Below, piece after piece: positions 33,331-42,789 of a stretch of 64,000 nucleotides of DNA (its first letter is position 1; the number at the start of each line of letters is the position of its first letter). The notes under the pieces are model-generated. The model was not told where the DNA came from. It made no database searches and saw only the letters and a list, made by a program, of their open reading frames with translations. Source of the stretch: Vulcanimicrobiota bacterium (lineage in GTDB: Bacteria; Vulcanimicrobiota; Vulcanimicrobiia; Vulcanimicrobiales; Vulcanimicrobiaceae); contig CAVRQT010000003.1 in NCBI GenBank assembly GCA_963723515.1, positions 448,001 through 512,000 of the forward strand, read 5' to 3'. Made by a program: the position numbers and the translations under genes.

Positions 33331-33915
33331 TCACGCTCTACGAAGTCGCGCAGAAGATCGTTCTGCCGCCGATCCTCTGCCTGTGGCGTTTCAAGGCCGA
33401 AGGCAGAGAGAATGTTCCGCCGGCGGGACCGCTCATCGTAGCCTGCAATCACGCTTCGTACATGGATCCGCTCGTTCTCGGCGTGGCGTGTCCGCGCCCG
33501 ATTTACTACATGGCGAAGGTCGAGCTGTTCTCGGTCCCCATAGTCGGCGCCGCTCATCAAGCGCGTGAACGCGTACCCCGTTGACCGAAAACAAAGCGCC
33601 CTCGGCGGAATAAAGAAATCGGTTGAAGTGCTGCGTCAAGGGAAAGCGATCGGTATTTTTCCACAAGGCACGCGCGTGCGCACGGGCGAGGGTGCCGCGC
33701 ATGAAGGCGTGGCGTTGCTCGCTTCACTCGGAAACGCGCCGGTCGTGCCGGCGCATGTCTCCGGTTCCGATGAAGCCTTGCACTTTCATCAGATAAAAGT
33801 CGCATTCGGCCCGCCGCTGCGGCTGCCGACGGACCGGAAAGCCAACCGCGAAGATTTGGCGAACTTCACCGGCGACATCATGCGCGCGATTCGGGAGCTC
33901 TCCCCATCCTTATAA
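33327..33915 (+). CDS. plsC: Lysophospholipid acyltransferase (frameshift near 33550)
   Basis: NHASYMDP, MAKVELF, IFPQGTR. Confidence 0.88.
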
Positions 33916-34748
33916 AGAAGGCGAAAGTCCAGGGCTTTTGCTTCGGCGTTGCGATCACCGTCAAGAAAGCGGAAGAAGCAATCGCAAGCGGGGGCAATGT
34001 AACGACGCTCGGACACGTCGTGCACAATCCGCAAATGGTCGAATCGCTCGCGCAGCGTGGTCTGCGGAATGCAGGATCCGTTGAAGACGTCGACTCCGGC
34101 ACGCTCTTCGTTCGCGCCCACGGTTTGCCGGTTGACGTTTTCGAGCGCGCGAAGGAAAAGAATCTGGAGGTCCTCGACGCGACGTGTCCGATGGTCACGA
34201 AGATTCACGTGCAAGCGGAGCGTTTAAAAGCGGATGGCTACAAGATCATCGTCATCGGAGATCCGCAGCATCCCGAAGTCAAAGGTACGTTAAGCCATGT
34301 TCCGGGCGCATGGTCGATCCAAACGGTTGAAGATGTTGAACGTCTGCCGCGAGCCAGCCGCGTCGGTGTTGTCGTGCAGTCAACCTTTTCCGGAACGCGT
34401 TTCACCGACATCGTCAAGGCGCTGAGCGCGAAATACTACGAGGTGCGCGCCGTCAATACGATTTGCACGGACACGCATAATCGGCAATCAGAAGCCGCGG
34501 AGCTCGCCAAGGAAGTCGAGGTCATGGTCGTAGTCGGCGGAAAGACGTCGGCAAATACCAAGCACCTCGCCGAGCTTTCCGAAAGCCACGGCGCACGTGC
34601 ATACCACATCGAGCAGCCGGATGAGCTTCGTGCGGAGTGGTTTGACGGCGTCCAAGTCGCAGGTTTGATGTCGGGAGCATCAACGCCGGGGTGGCTTGTC
34701 GATGAAGTCGCCGCGCGCATGGAGGCGCTCAGCCGTCAATCTGCCTGA
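33906..34748 (+). CDS. ispH: HMBPP reductase
   Basis: GFCFGV upstream of the first canonical start, VVHN, RAHG, DATCP, HPEV, NTIC, SANT, SGASTP. Start inferred at ATC 33906. Confidence 0.95.
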   Translation: MLIKKAKVQGFCFGVAITVKKAEEAIASGGNVTTLGHVVHNPQMVESLAQRGLRNAGSVEDVDSGTLFVRAHGLPVDVFERAKEKNLEVLDATCPMVTKIHVQAERLKADGYKIIVIGDPQHPEVKGTLSHVPGAWSIQTVEDVERLPRASRVGVVVQSTFSGTRFTDIVKALSAKYYEVRAVNTICTDTHNRQSEAAELAKEVEVMVVVGGKTSANTKHLAELSESHGARAYHIEQPDELRAEWFDGVQVAGLMSGASTPGWLVDEVAARMEALSRQSA

Positions 34749-35724
34749 TCCCTTTGAAGCGCATCTCGAACAGCTAATTCGTGAGCGCTCGGAAAGCGCG
34801 TTGCTTTCCGAGATGTTGAGATATCACTTAGGCCTCTTTGAAACCGAAGCGGTGCGGCGCGGCAAGCGCTTGCGACCGCGATTGCTCTTCGCAATCGTGC
34901 AAGAATTGGGCGGCCTGATCGAAGATGCGGTCGATGCGGCGGTTGCCATCGAGGTGCTGCATAACTACTCGCTCGTACACGATGACATTGAAGACGGCGA
35001 TCGCTACCGCCATGGCCGGCAGACCTTATGGGCCAAGTATGGGACGGCGCAGGCGATCAATGCCGGGGATGCCCTTTGCGCGCTCAGTTACCTCTCGCTC
35101 TTGAAGACGGCACAATACCATTCCCCTGCGAGGGTGACCGCGATGATGCACGCGCTGCATCGCGCCAACTTCGCAATGTGCGAAGGGCAGAGTTTGGACA
35201 TCGCTTTTGAAAGCGAACGCACGATTGACACCAAGCGCTATTTGCGGATGATCGCCGGCAAAACGGCAGCGCTTTTTGGAGCCGCGGCCGAGTTAGGCGC
35301 CTACTGTTCGGGCGCGCCGGAAGATGAAGTCGAGCGGTACGGCAGTCTCGGGCGCGCGTTTGGAATCGCTTTTCAGATCAACGACGACATCTTGGGCATT
35401 TGGGGCGATCAAGAAGAGACGGGCAAAACCGCCGGCGCGGACATCGCGCGCCGTAAGAAAAGCTTCCCCGTCGTTTGGGCGATGCAAAGCGGATTGCCGG
35501 ACGCAAAACCGATCGTCGAAATGTATGCCGGCGACGGTGAAATTAATCGTGCCGCGATCGAACGCGTGATAATCGCGCTCGATTCGGTCGGCGCGCGTGA
35601 GGCGTCCGAACGTGAAGTGGCGCACAAACTCACTTCGGCGCGCGAAGCCGCGCCGGGCGTCGTGCGCGATTTCTTATTGCATTCATTGCCGCTGGCCGCG
35701 CAAACACAAATCCTCTCGTCATGA
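34741..35724 (+). CDS. Polyprenyl diphosphate synthase
   Basis: GKRLRP, LVHDDIEDGDRYRHG, GQSLD, GKTA, FQINDD. Start uncertain. Confidence 0.92.
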   Translation: MPDPFEAHLEQLIRERSESALLSEMLRYHLGLFETEAVRRGKRLRPRLLFAIVQELGGLIEDAVDAAVAIEVLHNYSLVHDDIEDGDRYRHGRQTLWAKYGTAQAINAGDALCALSYLSLLKTAQYHSPARVTAMMHALHRANFAMCEGQSLDIAFESERTIDTKRYLRMIAGKTAALFGAAAELGAYCSGAPEDEVERYGSLGRAFGIAFQINDDILGIWGDQEETGKTAGADIARRKKSFPVVWAMQSGLPDAKPIVEMYAGDGEINRAAIERVIIALDSVGAREASEREVAHKLTSAREAAPGVVRDFLLHSLPLAAQTQILSS

Positions 35725-38700
35725 GCGCATCTCGCGCCGCTCTGTTCGGCCTGCTGGCGGCCGGCTTCGTCGTGCGGCTCTTCTTTGTCGGCAACAGCGG
35801 CTTTCAGAACGACGTGCAGTCGTTTGAAAGCTGGACGCTCACTTTAGGCTCCCATTCGTTAGCCGCGTTTTACGCGAAGGCCGGATTTGCGGATTACCCG
35901 CCGGGCTATTTCTACGTCCTTTGGATCATCGCTCATCTCTACGCGCCGTTTGCGCATGCCGATCCGAGCTACGGATGGCTGCGTTTCTTCATCAAGCTTC
36001 CGGCGATCGTCATGGATCTCGTAAATACCGTCTTGATCTACGCGATCGTCCGCCGCTTTGCCGATCAGCGCTATGCATTGGGCGCCGCGGCGCTCTACGC
36101 CCTGAATCCGGCGGTGATCTTCATTTCCGCCTCGTGGGGGCAAGTCGATTCGGTCGCCGGCGGATTCGCGCTGGCCGCACTTTACGCGCTCCTGCGCGCG
36201 AATGACGCCGCCATAGATACGCGCCGTACGACGCTCGTCGTCGCGGCTTGGCTGGCACTTGCCTATTCAATTTTAATCAAACCGCAAGCCGCGATTCTGA
36301 TTCCGCTCTTCATTGCGTTTGCGTTCGCGGCGCGTGATCAGCGTGCATCACGCATCCGAGGACTGGTCGCCGGCATCGTCGCCGCAATCCTATTGGCGTG
36401 GCTGCTGGCGCTGCCGTTCCATCCGCAAGCGAATCCCCTTTCGGTTTTCGCGTGGCTCTACGAACGTTATCTCTACGGAACGGGCGTCTATGCCGTCAAT
36501 TCGGTCAACGCGTTCGACCTTTGGACGATCAATTATCCGTTCTGGCAAGCGGATACGGCGCGCGTGCTCTTCTTGCCGCAGTACGTCTGGGGTTTATTGC
36601 TCTTAGCCGCGGCGACGGTGCTCATCTTGCTGCGGTATTTGCAGGCGCCAACGCGCCGATCGCTCCTCGAGGCGGCAGCACTGCTTGCGCTCGCGTTCTT
36701 CATGCTTTCAACCCGCATGCACGAACGTTACATCTTCAACGGCTTGCTTCTGGTCGTGCCCCTGATCTTCTGCGGCTGGCGTTATCTCGTCGCAGTTGCG
36801 GTTTTGACGATCACCCTCTTTTCGAATCTGCTCTACTCCCTGCATTATCTCAACGTCATGAATGCGCATCTGCCAGGCGACCCAACGAACTTGATGCCGA
36901 TTCTGACAAGACCAATGTCGATTGCAAACGTGGCGGTCTTTTTCTTGCTCGGCTACGTCTTCTTAGGCAACACGGAAGAAGCGCCGGTTGCGGCGCCGCA
37001 GCCCGAGCGAACGACAGAAGCACTCGGCGAAGAGGCTTCGCCGGCACGCACCTGGTTCGATCCTCGCGAGGGATTGACCGCGTTACGCTGGCCGCTCGAT
37101 TATTTGCTCGCGGCGGCATTCGGTGTAGCCTCGTTTATCTTGTCATTCGTCCGGTATACGTTTCCGCCGGAGAAGTATTTCGACGAGATTTACTTTGCGC
37201 GCGCCGCAGAAGAGTATTTGCATCACCAATACATCTATGAGAACACGCATCCGCCGCTGACAAAACTGTTGATCACGCTCTCGGTGATGCTCTTCGGTGG
37301 GCTTGCGCATGGCGACAACTCGGCCGGCTGGCGATTTCTCGACGTTCTCTTCGGCGCTTTTAGCGTTACGCTGCTCTTCATTTTTGCGAAACGCCTGACG
37401 AGCTCGTCGGTCTTCGCGGCGATTGCCGCGTCGTTTCTGCTCTTCGACGGAATGCACTTCGTGCAATCGCGCATTGCCACGCCGGAGAGCTTCGTCTGTT
37501 TCTTTGCGCTGGCGGCGCTCTATACGTTCTACCGTTTTTGGATTGCGTCGCAGAGTCGTGCCGGCGGGTCAATGGACGGCCCTCGAATGCGACTGCGGGC
37601 GATCGGGACGATCTTGTGTTTGGCCGGAGCGATTCTTGCCGTTTGGCTCAAGTTTCATGCAGAATCGGGCGCCGCCAAAGCCGTCGCAATCGTTTACGCC
37701 TTTGCGGCGCTTTACTTGCTCTTCCGGCTGTTCATCGAGCGGCGACTGGCAAAAAGCGCGGCACAATTCTTCTCGTATCCCGACGGCGCCTTTGCTTCAA
37801 TTGGAGGGCGAGATGTCGTTTTGTGCGCGCCGGATGGCGGCGTCATCGACACCGCCTCACGATCGGTTACGCCAGGCGATCTCTCGCGTGGGAGACGAGA
37901 CGCGCTCTTGCTCACGGATCGCGAATTGGTCACGACGTATCGCAAAGATGGATCGGCGGAATACTCGACGCCGGTAGGCGTCGCACGGTTTTCGCCCAGA
38001 GGCAGCACCATTGACGATGAGCCCGCACGCTTTGGTGATGGGCGGTTGTGGCTCATTCTCTTTGCCGCCTCGATCAGCGCGCTGATTACCAGCAAGTGGT
38101 ACGGCGTGATGGCGTATCCGGCGACGCTCGGCATCATCGCATTTGTTTGGGCGCAGCCGCGCATCGCGAGCCTTGCGAAGGAGTGGAGGAAGACGCCGCG
38201 CGGGCCGGCACGATGGGGCAATCCGTTCGGCTTTCCTTTGGACGTTGTGCTTTGTGCCCTGATCTTTATCGGCGGAACGATGTACTTCGCCGCCTATACG
38301 CCGCAATTCGTCGGGCTCTCCGACACGCCGCAGTCGGCGCCGCGTGCGTACACTCTGACCGACGTGATCGATATGCAAACGTTGATGTACGATTACCACT
38401 CGCACCTCAAGGCAACGCATCCTTATGCGTCGCGATGGTGGACGTGGCCGCTCGATCTAAAGCCGATCGTCTACTACTGGAAAGATTTGCGTAAAGGGCG
38501 GGAGGCAAATGTTCCGCAAGCGTGCTGCGTTGAGGAGATCGATTCGATCCCGAATCCTTTTCTGCTGTGGTTTGGGCTGCTGGCAGTCCCGATCGTCGGC
38601 TGGCTTGCGTACCGCGAACGCAACAAAGGCTACATGCTGCTGGTCGTCGCCTATTTGCTGCAGTGGCTGCCGTGGATGCGCTCGCCGCGCATCTCGTTCA

Positions 38701-38939
38701 TCTACCACTTTTTCGTCGATATTTCGATCATCTGTCTTTGCAACGCGATCGTCTTGCAGCGACTTTGGCAGCGGGGAACGGCGCACGAGGAATCGCGCGT
38801 TTGGACGCGTTTGGCCGTCGGGGGCTACGTTGCAGCCGTCGCGCTCGTCTTCGCCTTTTTCTATCCGATCTTGGCGGGCATTCCGATACCGTGGGATCAT
38901 TGGAACGCGCGCATGTGGCTGCCGCATTGGGTGATATAA
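35721..38939 (+). CDS. Tandem GT-C glycosyltransferase: mannosyltransferase-like module plus PMT/GT39 module
   Basis: N-half DYPPG, NPA..SASWGQVDS, KPQ, TRMHERY. C-half FDEIYF, THPPL, SKWYG, HPYASRWWTWP. Many transmembrane helices. Confidence 0.85.
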   Translation: MSASRAALFGLLAAGFVVRLFFVGNSGFQNDVQSFESWTLTLGSHSLAAFYAKAGFADYPPGYFYVLWIIAHLYAPFAHADPSYGWLRFFIKLPAIVMDLVNTVLIYAIVRRFADQRYALGAAALYALNPAVIFISASWGQVDSVAGGFALAALYALLRANDAAIDTRRTTLVVAAWLALAYSILIKPQAAILIPLFIAFAFAARDQRASRIRGLVAGIVAAILLAWLLALPFHPQANPLSVFAWLYERYLYGTGVYAVNSVNAFDLWTINYPFWQADTARVLFLPQYVWGLLLLAAATVLILLRYLQAPTRRSLLEAAALLALAFFMLSTRMHERYIFNGLLLVVPLIFCGWRYLVAVAVLTITLFSNLLYSLHYLNVMNAHLPGDPTNLMPILTRPMSIANVAVFFLLGYVFLGNTEEAPVAAPQPERTTEALGEEASPARTWFDPREGLTALRWPLDYLLAAAFGVASFILSFVRYTFPPEKYFDEIYFARAAEEYLHHQYIYENTHPPLTKLLITLSVMLFGGLAHGDNSAGWRFLDVLFGAFSVTLLFIFAKRLTSSSVFAAIAASFLLFDGMHFVQSRIATPESFVCFFALAALYTFYRFWIASQSRAGGSMDGPRMRLRAIGTILCLAGAILAVWLKFHAESGAAKAVAIVYAFAALYLLFRLFIERRLAKSAAQFFSYPDGAFASIGGRDVVLCAPDGGVIDTASRSVTPGDLSRGRRDALLLTDRELVTTYRKDGSAEYSTPVGVARFSPRGSTIDDEPARFGDGRLWLILFAASISALITSKWYGVMAYPATLGIIAFVWAQPRIASLAKEWRKTPRGPARWGNPFGFPLDVVLCALIFIGGTMYFAAYTPQFVGLSDTPQSAPRAYTLTDVIDMQTLMYDYHSHLKATHPYASRWWTWPLDLKPIVYYWKDLRKGREANVPQACCVEEIDSIPNPFLLWFGLLAVPIVGWLAYRERNKGYMLLVVAYLLQWLPWMRSPRISFIYHFFVDISIICLCNAIVLQRLWQRGTAHEESRVWTRLAVGGYVAAVALVFAFFYPILAGIPIPWDHWNARMWLPHWVI

Positions 38940-39018
38940 GCCCGGGGTGCGCGGGCGAGTTTTCGGCGCATCGTGCCGAAGGGGAGCCGTGGTCAAACGC
39001 GAGTTAGAGGAGTAACGA

Positions 39019-39765
39019 TTGTCAGGGCACTCCAAGTGGCATAATATCCGGCTGCGCAAAGGCAAAGCCGACGCACAGCGCGGCGCCCTCTTTACAAAAC
39101 TCAGTAAGGAGATTGCCCTCGCCTTGCGTTCCGGGTCCGCCGATCCTGAAGCGAACTACCGCCTAAAGATGGCGATCGAGAAAGCGCGCGAGGGCAACAT
39201 GCCGCAAGAGAATATTAAGCGTCTGTTGGCCCGGGCGAGCGGAGACGGCGCCAAAGACATCGAGGAAATCCGGTACGAAGGCTACGGCCCCGGCGGAATT
39301 GCGGTCATCGTCGATGCGGCAACCGATAACCGGAATCGTATCGCCTCGGAGATGCGCTTCATGTTTAGCCGGCACGGCGGTTCTCTCGGCGAGACGAACA
39401 GCGTCGCGTGGATGTTTGAGCCATCCGGCATCATAGACGTCGATCCGCAAGGACGCTCCGAGGACGACCTGACCGAAAGCGCGCTGATCGACGGTGTGGT
39501 GGATATCGAATACGACGAGCCGGCGACGATCTATACGGATCCTGATATGCTGCACAGCGTTCGCATCGCGCTCGGGGAGCGTGGCTTGCATGTTGCGCAA
39601 GCATATCTTGGAATGCGTCCCAGGACCAAAGTCACGCCGCCTGACGAGCAGGCATCTGAAGCGCTCGCGCTGCTCGATGCACTAGACGAGCATGAAGATG
39701 TTCAACGTCTCTTTTCCAACGCCGAGTTTAGCGATGCGGCGTTAGCGCTCGCGGCAAACGCGTGA
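39019..39765 (+). CDS. YebC/PmpR family protein
   Basis: SGHSKWHNI, YEGYGPGG, TDNRNR, DVQ. Confidence 0.95.
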   Translation: MSGHSKWHNIRLRKGKADAQRGALFTKLSKEIALALRSGSADPEANYRLKMAIEKAREGNMPQENIKRLLARASGDGAKDIEEIRYEGYGPGGIAVIVDAATDNRNRIASEMRFMFSRHGGSLGETNSVAWMFEPSGIIDVDPQGRSEDDLTESALIDGVVDIEYDEPATIYTDPDMLHSVRIALGERGLHVAQAYLGMRPRTKVTPPDEQASEALALLDALDEHEDVQRLFSNAEFSDAALALAANA

Positions 39766-40847
39766 TCGCACAATCGGAAGGACGCCCCCGCAGGGTGCGT
39801 GCGTCGTGGCGTTCGTATCTGCCGCAGGATTGGGTTTTCACGCTGGCCGTCGCAATCTTCGTCGGGATCATCGTATGGTTCGGACGTTCGGTACATGACT
39901 TCTTTGTGCCGACAACGGCGACGCTCTCGGTTCCGACGTTCATCGGCCAGACGTTGACCGATGCGATGTCCGAAGCGTACCACTCCGGCTTGCGCACGCA
40001 AGTCGTCGCGCGACAGATGAGCGATCGTTATCCGCGCGATGTCGTCATCGATCAGCAACCGCAGCCGGGGGCGCGCGTTCGCGAGGGCCGGCAAATATCG
40101 TTCATCGTCAGCACCGGCGTCCAAATCAGCTCGATGCCGGATCTGCGGTATCAATCCATGCGGGAAGCCGGTCTCGACCTTTCCCGCTTGCATCTGCAGC
40201 TGACTGCGACAAAATACGTGCAGAGCGACGAGGTGCCCCCAAATCATATCGTCGACCAAGATCCTGCACCGCTGAGCAACGTCCGCGAAGGGACGCAGGT
40301 CACGCTGACCGTTTCGAAGGGCGGCTCATCGCAGATCATCGTTCCGAACTTTGTCGGGCAGACGATCGACACGGCGCGCGACGATGCGGATCGCAACAAG
40401 ATCCATCTCGGTCAACTTGTTTGGATGCCCCTTGGGACATCCGCGCCTCCGCACGGCACGGTCGTACGTCAGATACCGTCGGCCGGGTCGAAAATCGACA
40501 CGTTCACGCCCGTGTCGCTTGAGATCAGCGCCGGCCCGCATGAATCGGGTTATGTGTTACGGCAGGTGCATCTGCTCGCGTCGGTGCCCTCGGATCAAGG
40601 CGGGGACAAACCGTTGCGGGTGAGGGTTACCGTGACCGATGCAACCGGAAAGTGGAATCTGTATGATGCCTACGCGCAACCCGGACAAAAGCTCGACTTC
40701 AATGTCAGCGCGCTCGGCACGTCGCTCGTGGACTTCTTCGTGAACGATGCGCTCGTCGCCGAAACTCGACTCGGTACCGAGCCCTCGAACGCCTACGAGC
40801 ACCGTCAAGGCCCTTCGCCGGCTCCACAAACATCGGCAACACCTTGA
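39762..40847 (+). CDS. Membrane-anchored triple PASTA-domain protein without a kinase domain
   Basis: One transmembrane helix, then VPTFIG / MPDLR / VPNFVG repeats with Q.P.PG motifs. Confidence 0.85.
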   Translation: MIAQSEGRPRRVRASWRSYLPQDWVFTLAVAIFVGIIVWFGRSVHDFFVPTTATLSVPTFIGQTLTDAMSEAYHSGLRTQVVARQMSDRYPRDVVIDQQPQPGARVREGRQISFIVSTGVQISSMPDLRYQSMREAGLDLSRLHLQLTATKYVQSDEVPPNHIVDQDPAPLSNVREGTQVTLTVSKGGSSQIIVPNFVGQTIDTARDDADRNKIHLGQLVWMPLGTSAPPHGTVVRQIPSAGSKIDTFTPVSLEISAGPHESGYVLRQVHLLASVPSDQGGDKPLRVRVTVTDATGKWNLYDAYAQPGQKLDFNVSALGTSLVDFFVNDALVAETRLGTEPSNAYEHRQGPSPAPQTSATP

Positions 40848-41527
40848 TCAAGCTCGCGCCATCGCTGCTTTCGGCCGACTTCTGCCGCATCGCCGAGCAA
40901 ATCGACGAAGTCGAGAATGCCGGGGCAGATTACCTTCATCTCGACGTGATGGATGGACGGTTCGTGCCGAACCTCACGTGGGGGCCGAAGATCGTGCGCG
41001 ATTTGCGAAGTTGCTCGACGGTCCCGCTCGACTGCCACTTGATGATCGTCGAGCCGGAGAAGTACGTTGAAGAATTTCGGCGCGCAGGTGCGGACCTTAT
41101 CACCTTTCATTACGAAGCGACACCGCACGCGCATCGATTGCTCGCGCACATTCGCGAGCTTGGGGCGAAAGCCGGCGTTGCGCTTTGCCCGCAGACGCCC
41201 GTCTCATCGCTACAGGACATTATCGGGGAAGCCGATTTGGTGCTGATCATGAGTGTGAATCCTGGGTTTGCCGGTCAGCGCTTCATCGATCGCGCGCTAC
41301 AAAAGTTGCGTGAGGCGCGCCGCTTGATCGATGAAAACAACCCGCATTGCGAGCTGGAGGTTGACGGCGGAATTGGCCAGGACAATGTGCGCGAGGTTGT
41401 TGCAGCGGGTGCGCGCGTACTGGTAATGGGCTCGAAGATTTTTGACGATGGGCGCCCCGCACAGGCGCTCAAAGCGGTACGAGGTCTCCTCGCAGAAGCG
41501 CCTTCCAAACCGCGCTCAAACGCCTAG
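40844..41527 (+). CDS. rpe: Ribulose-phosphate 3-epimerase
   Basis: APSLLSADF, HLDVMDG, DCHLM, MSVNPGF, EVDGG. Confidence 0.97.
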   Translation: MIKLAPSLLSADFCRIAEQIDEVENAGADYLHLDVMDGRFVPNLTWGPKIVRDLRSCSTVPLDCHLMIVEPEKYVEEFRRAGADLITFHYEATPHAHRLLAHIRELGAKAGVALCPQTPVSSLQDIIGEADLVLIMSVNPGFAGQRFIDRALQKLREARRLIDENNPHCELEVDGGIGQDNVREVVAAGARVLVMGSKIFDDGRPAQALKAVRGLLAEAPSKPRSNA

Positions 41528-41536
41528 GACACACCG

Positions 41537-42469
41537 CTGACTGAAGACGAGCTCGTTGCGGCGCTGCAGTCGGTGTTGCACGCTCCAAAAGCGCGCCGGG
41601 TTCTTCTCGGCATCGGAGATGATGCCGCTGCATGGAAGCCGTCTCGTTCACACCTTAGCGTTATCACGACCGATGCGCTCATCGAGAGCGTGCATTTCAA
41701 AGTTGACGGGGCATCGCTTTGGGACATCGGCTATCGAGCGTGTGCGGCGAACCTGAGCGATATTGCGGCCATGGGCGGGCGTCCGGTCCTCGCGACGGTC
41801 GCAATCGGATTCCCGCAGCGAATTCAGCCGGAATCGGTGATCGAAATCTATCGCGGAATCGACGCGCTCGCCCGCAAAGCGAAGGTCGAAATCGCGGGCG
41901 GCGATATCACGCGCTCGAGCGAGCTCTTCATCGCACTGACCGTGGTCGGCGAAGTCTCGCCCACGTCTCTGAAGCGGCGCTCAGGCGCGCGTCCTAACGA
42001 TATTGTCGCGGTTACGGGTCCGCTCGGCGCTGCACGCGCGGCTTTGGAATCGAATGCGGATCATCTGCCGGTGCCGCGGATCGCGGAAGGCACTTGGCTT
42101 GGGCGTTCGCGCAGCGTGCATGCGCTGATGGATATTTCAGATGGGCTCGCGTTGGATTTGGCGCGCATGACGACGGCGTCGGGATGCGGAGCGCTGGTCG
42201 AGGAGGTTCCGATGACATCGGCGGCACGAGCCGTTGCGGAGATGCAACACCAGGATCCCGCACATTTCACCGCTGCGGCCGGTGAAGATTTCGAACTGCT
42301 GGCAGCGATCGCCCCGCGCGCCTTCCGGTATTTGAGCGGCCGGTTTCGCAAGCGCTTTGGGCGGCCGTTACTCAGAGTCGGGCAGTTCCGCAAGGAAGGC
42401 GGAGTTGTGCTCAAGACTGCCCGCGGAGAAGCGCCCCTGGTGGGCGGCTGGGATCATCTAGCCCGCTAG
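41537..42469 (+). CDS. thiL: Thiamine-monophosphate kinase
   Basis: GIGDDAA, NLSDIAAMGG, GGD, MDISDGL, GEDFEL. Start inferred at CTG 41537. Confidence 0.93.
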   Translation: MTEDELVAALQSVLHAPKARRVLLGIGDDAAAWKPSRSHLSVITTDALIESVHFKVDGASLWDIGYRACAANLSDIAAMGGRPVLATVAIGFPQRIQPESVIEIYRGIDALARKAKVEIAGGDITRSSELFIALTVVGEVSPTSLKRRSGARPNDIVAVTGPLGAARAALESNADHLPVPRIAEGTWLGRSRSVHALMDISDGLALDLARMTTASGCGALVEEVPMTSAARAVAEMQHQDPAHFTAAAGEDFELLAAIAPRAFRYLSGRFRKRFGRPLLRVGQFRKEGGVVLKTARGEAPLVGGWDHLAR

Positions 42470-42479
42470 AGGCGCAGCC

Positions 42480-42671
42480 TTAGGCGGTTCGAGTCACTCG
42501 CTTTGCGCGCAGACATGCCGTGCAGACTCGTGCGGTCTTGTGCGTACCGTTCGAGATAATGCGAACGCTTTGAAGATTCGGTAACCAGCGCCGGCGCGTC
42601 TTATTCATCGCATGGCTGACATTGTTTCCGGCCATAGGCCCTTTGCCGCAGATATCGCAGCGCTTCGCCAT
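42480..42671 (-). CDS. rpmB: 50S ribosomal protein bL28
   Basis: [32 protein letters not shown]. Confidence 0.97.
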   Translation of the reverse strand: MAKRCDICGKGPMAGNNVSHAMNKTRRRWLPNLQSVRIISNGTHKTARVCTACLRAKRVTRTA

Positions 42672-42727
42672 CGCATCTCTTCCTTTATATAGACGGTATT
42701 TGGCGGTTGTTCGCCGCACAATTCGGC

Positions 42728-42756
42728 ATAGTATCACGCCCAACGTTCGCTGACAA
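42728..42756 (-). promoter_or_regulatory. Sigma70 promoter of rpmB
   Basis: TTGTCA-17-TACTAT. Confidence 0.65.
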
Positions 42757-42789
42757 GGATTCCCGTCCGGCTCCCCAAAGGGCACGCCG

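Noticed and set aside
40844..42469. Stop-codon readthrough giving an Rpe-ThiL fusion (same frame, TAG 41525-41527)
   Set aside because: TAG is used as an ordinary stop elsewhere in the window, and an SD-like AGGA with CTG start is a simpler explanation.
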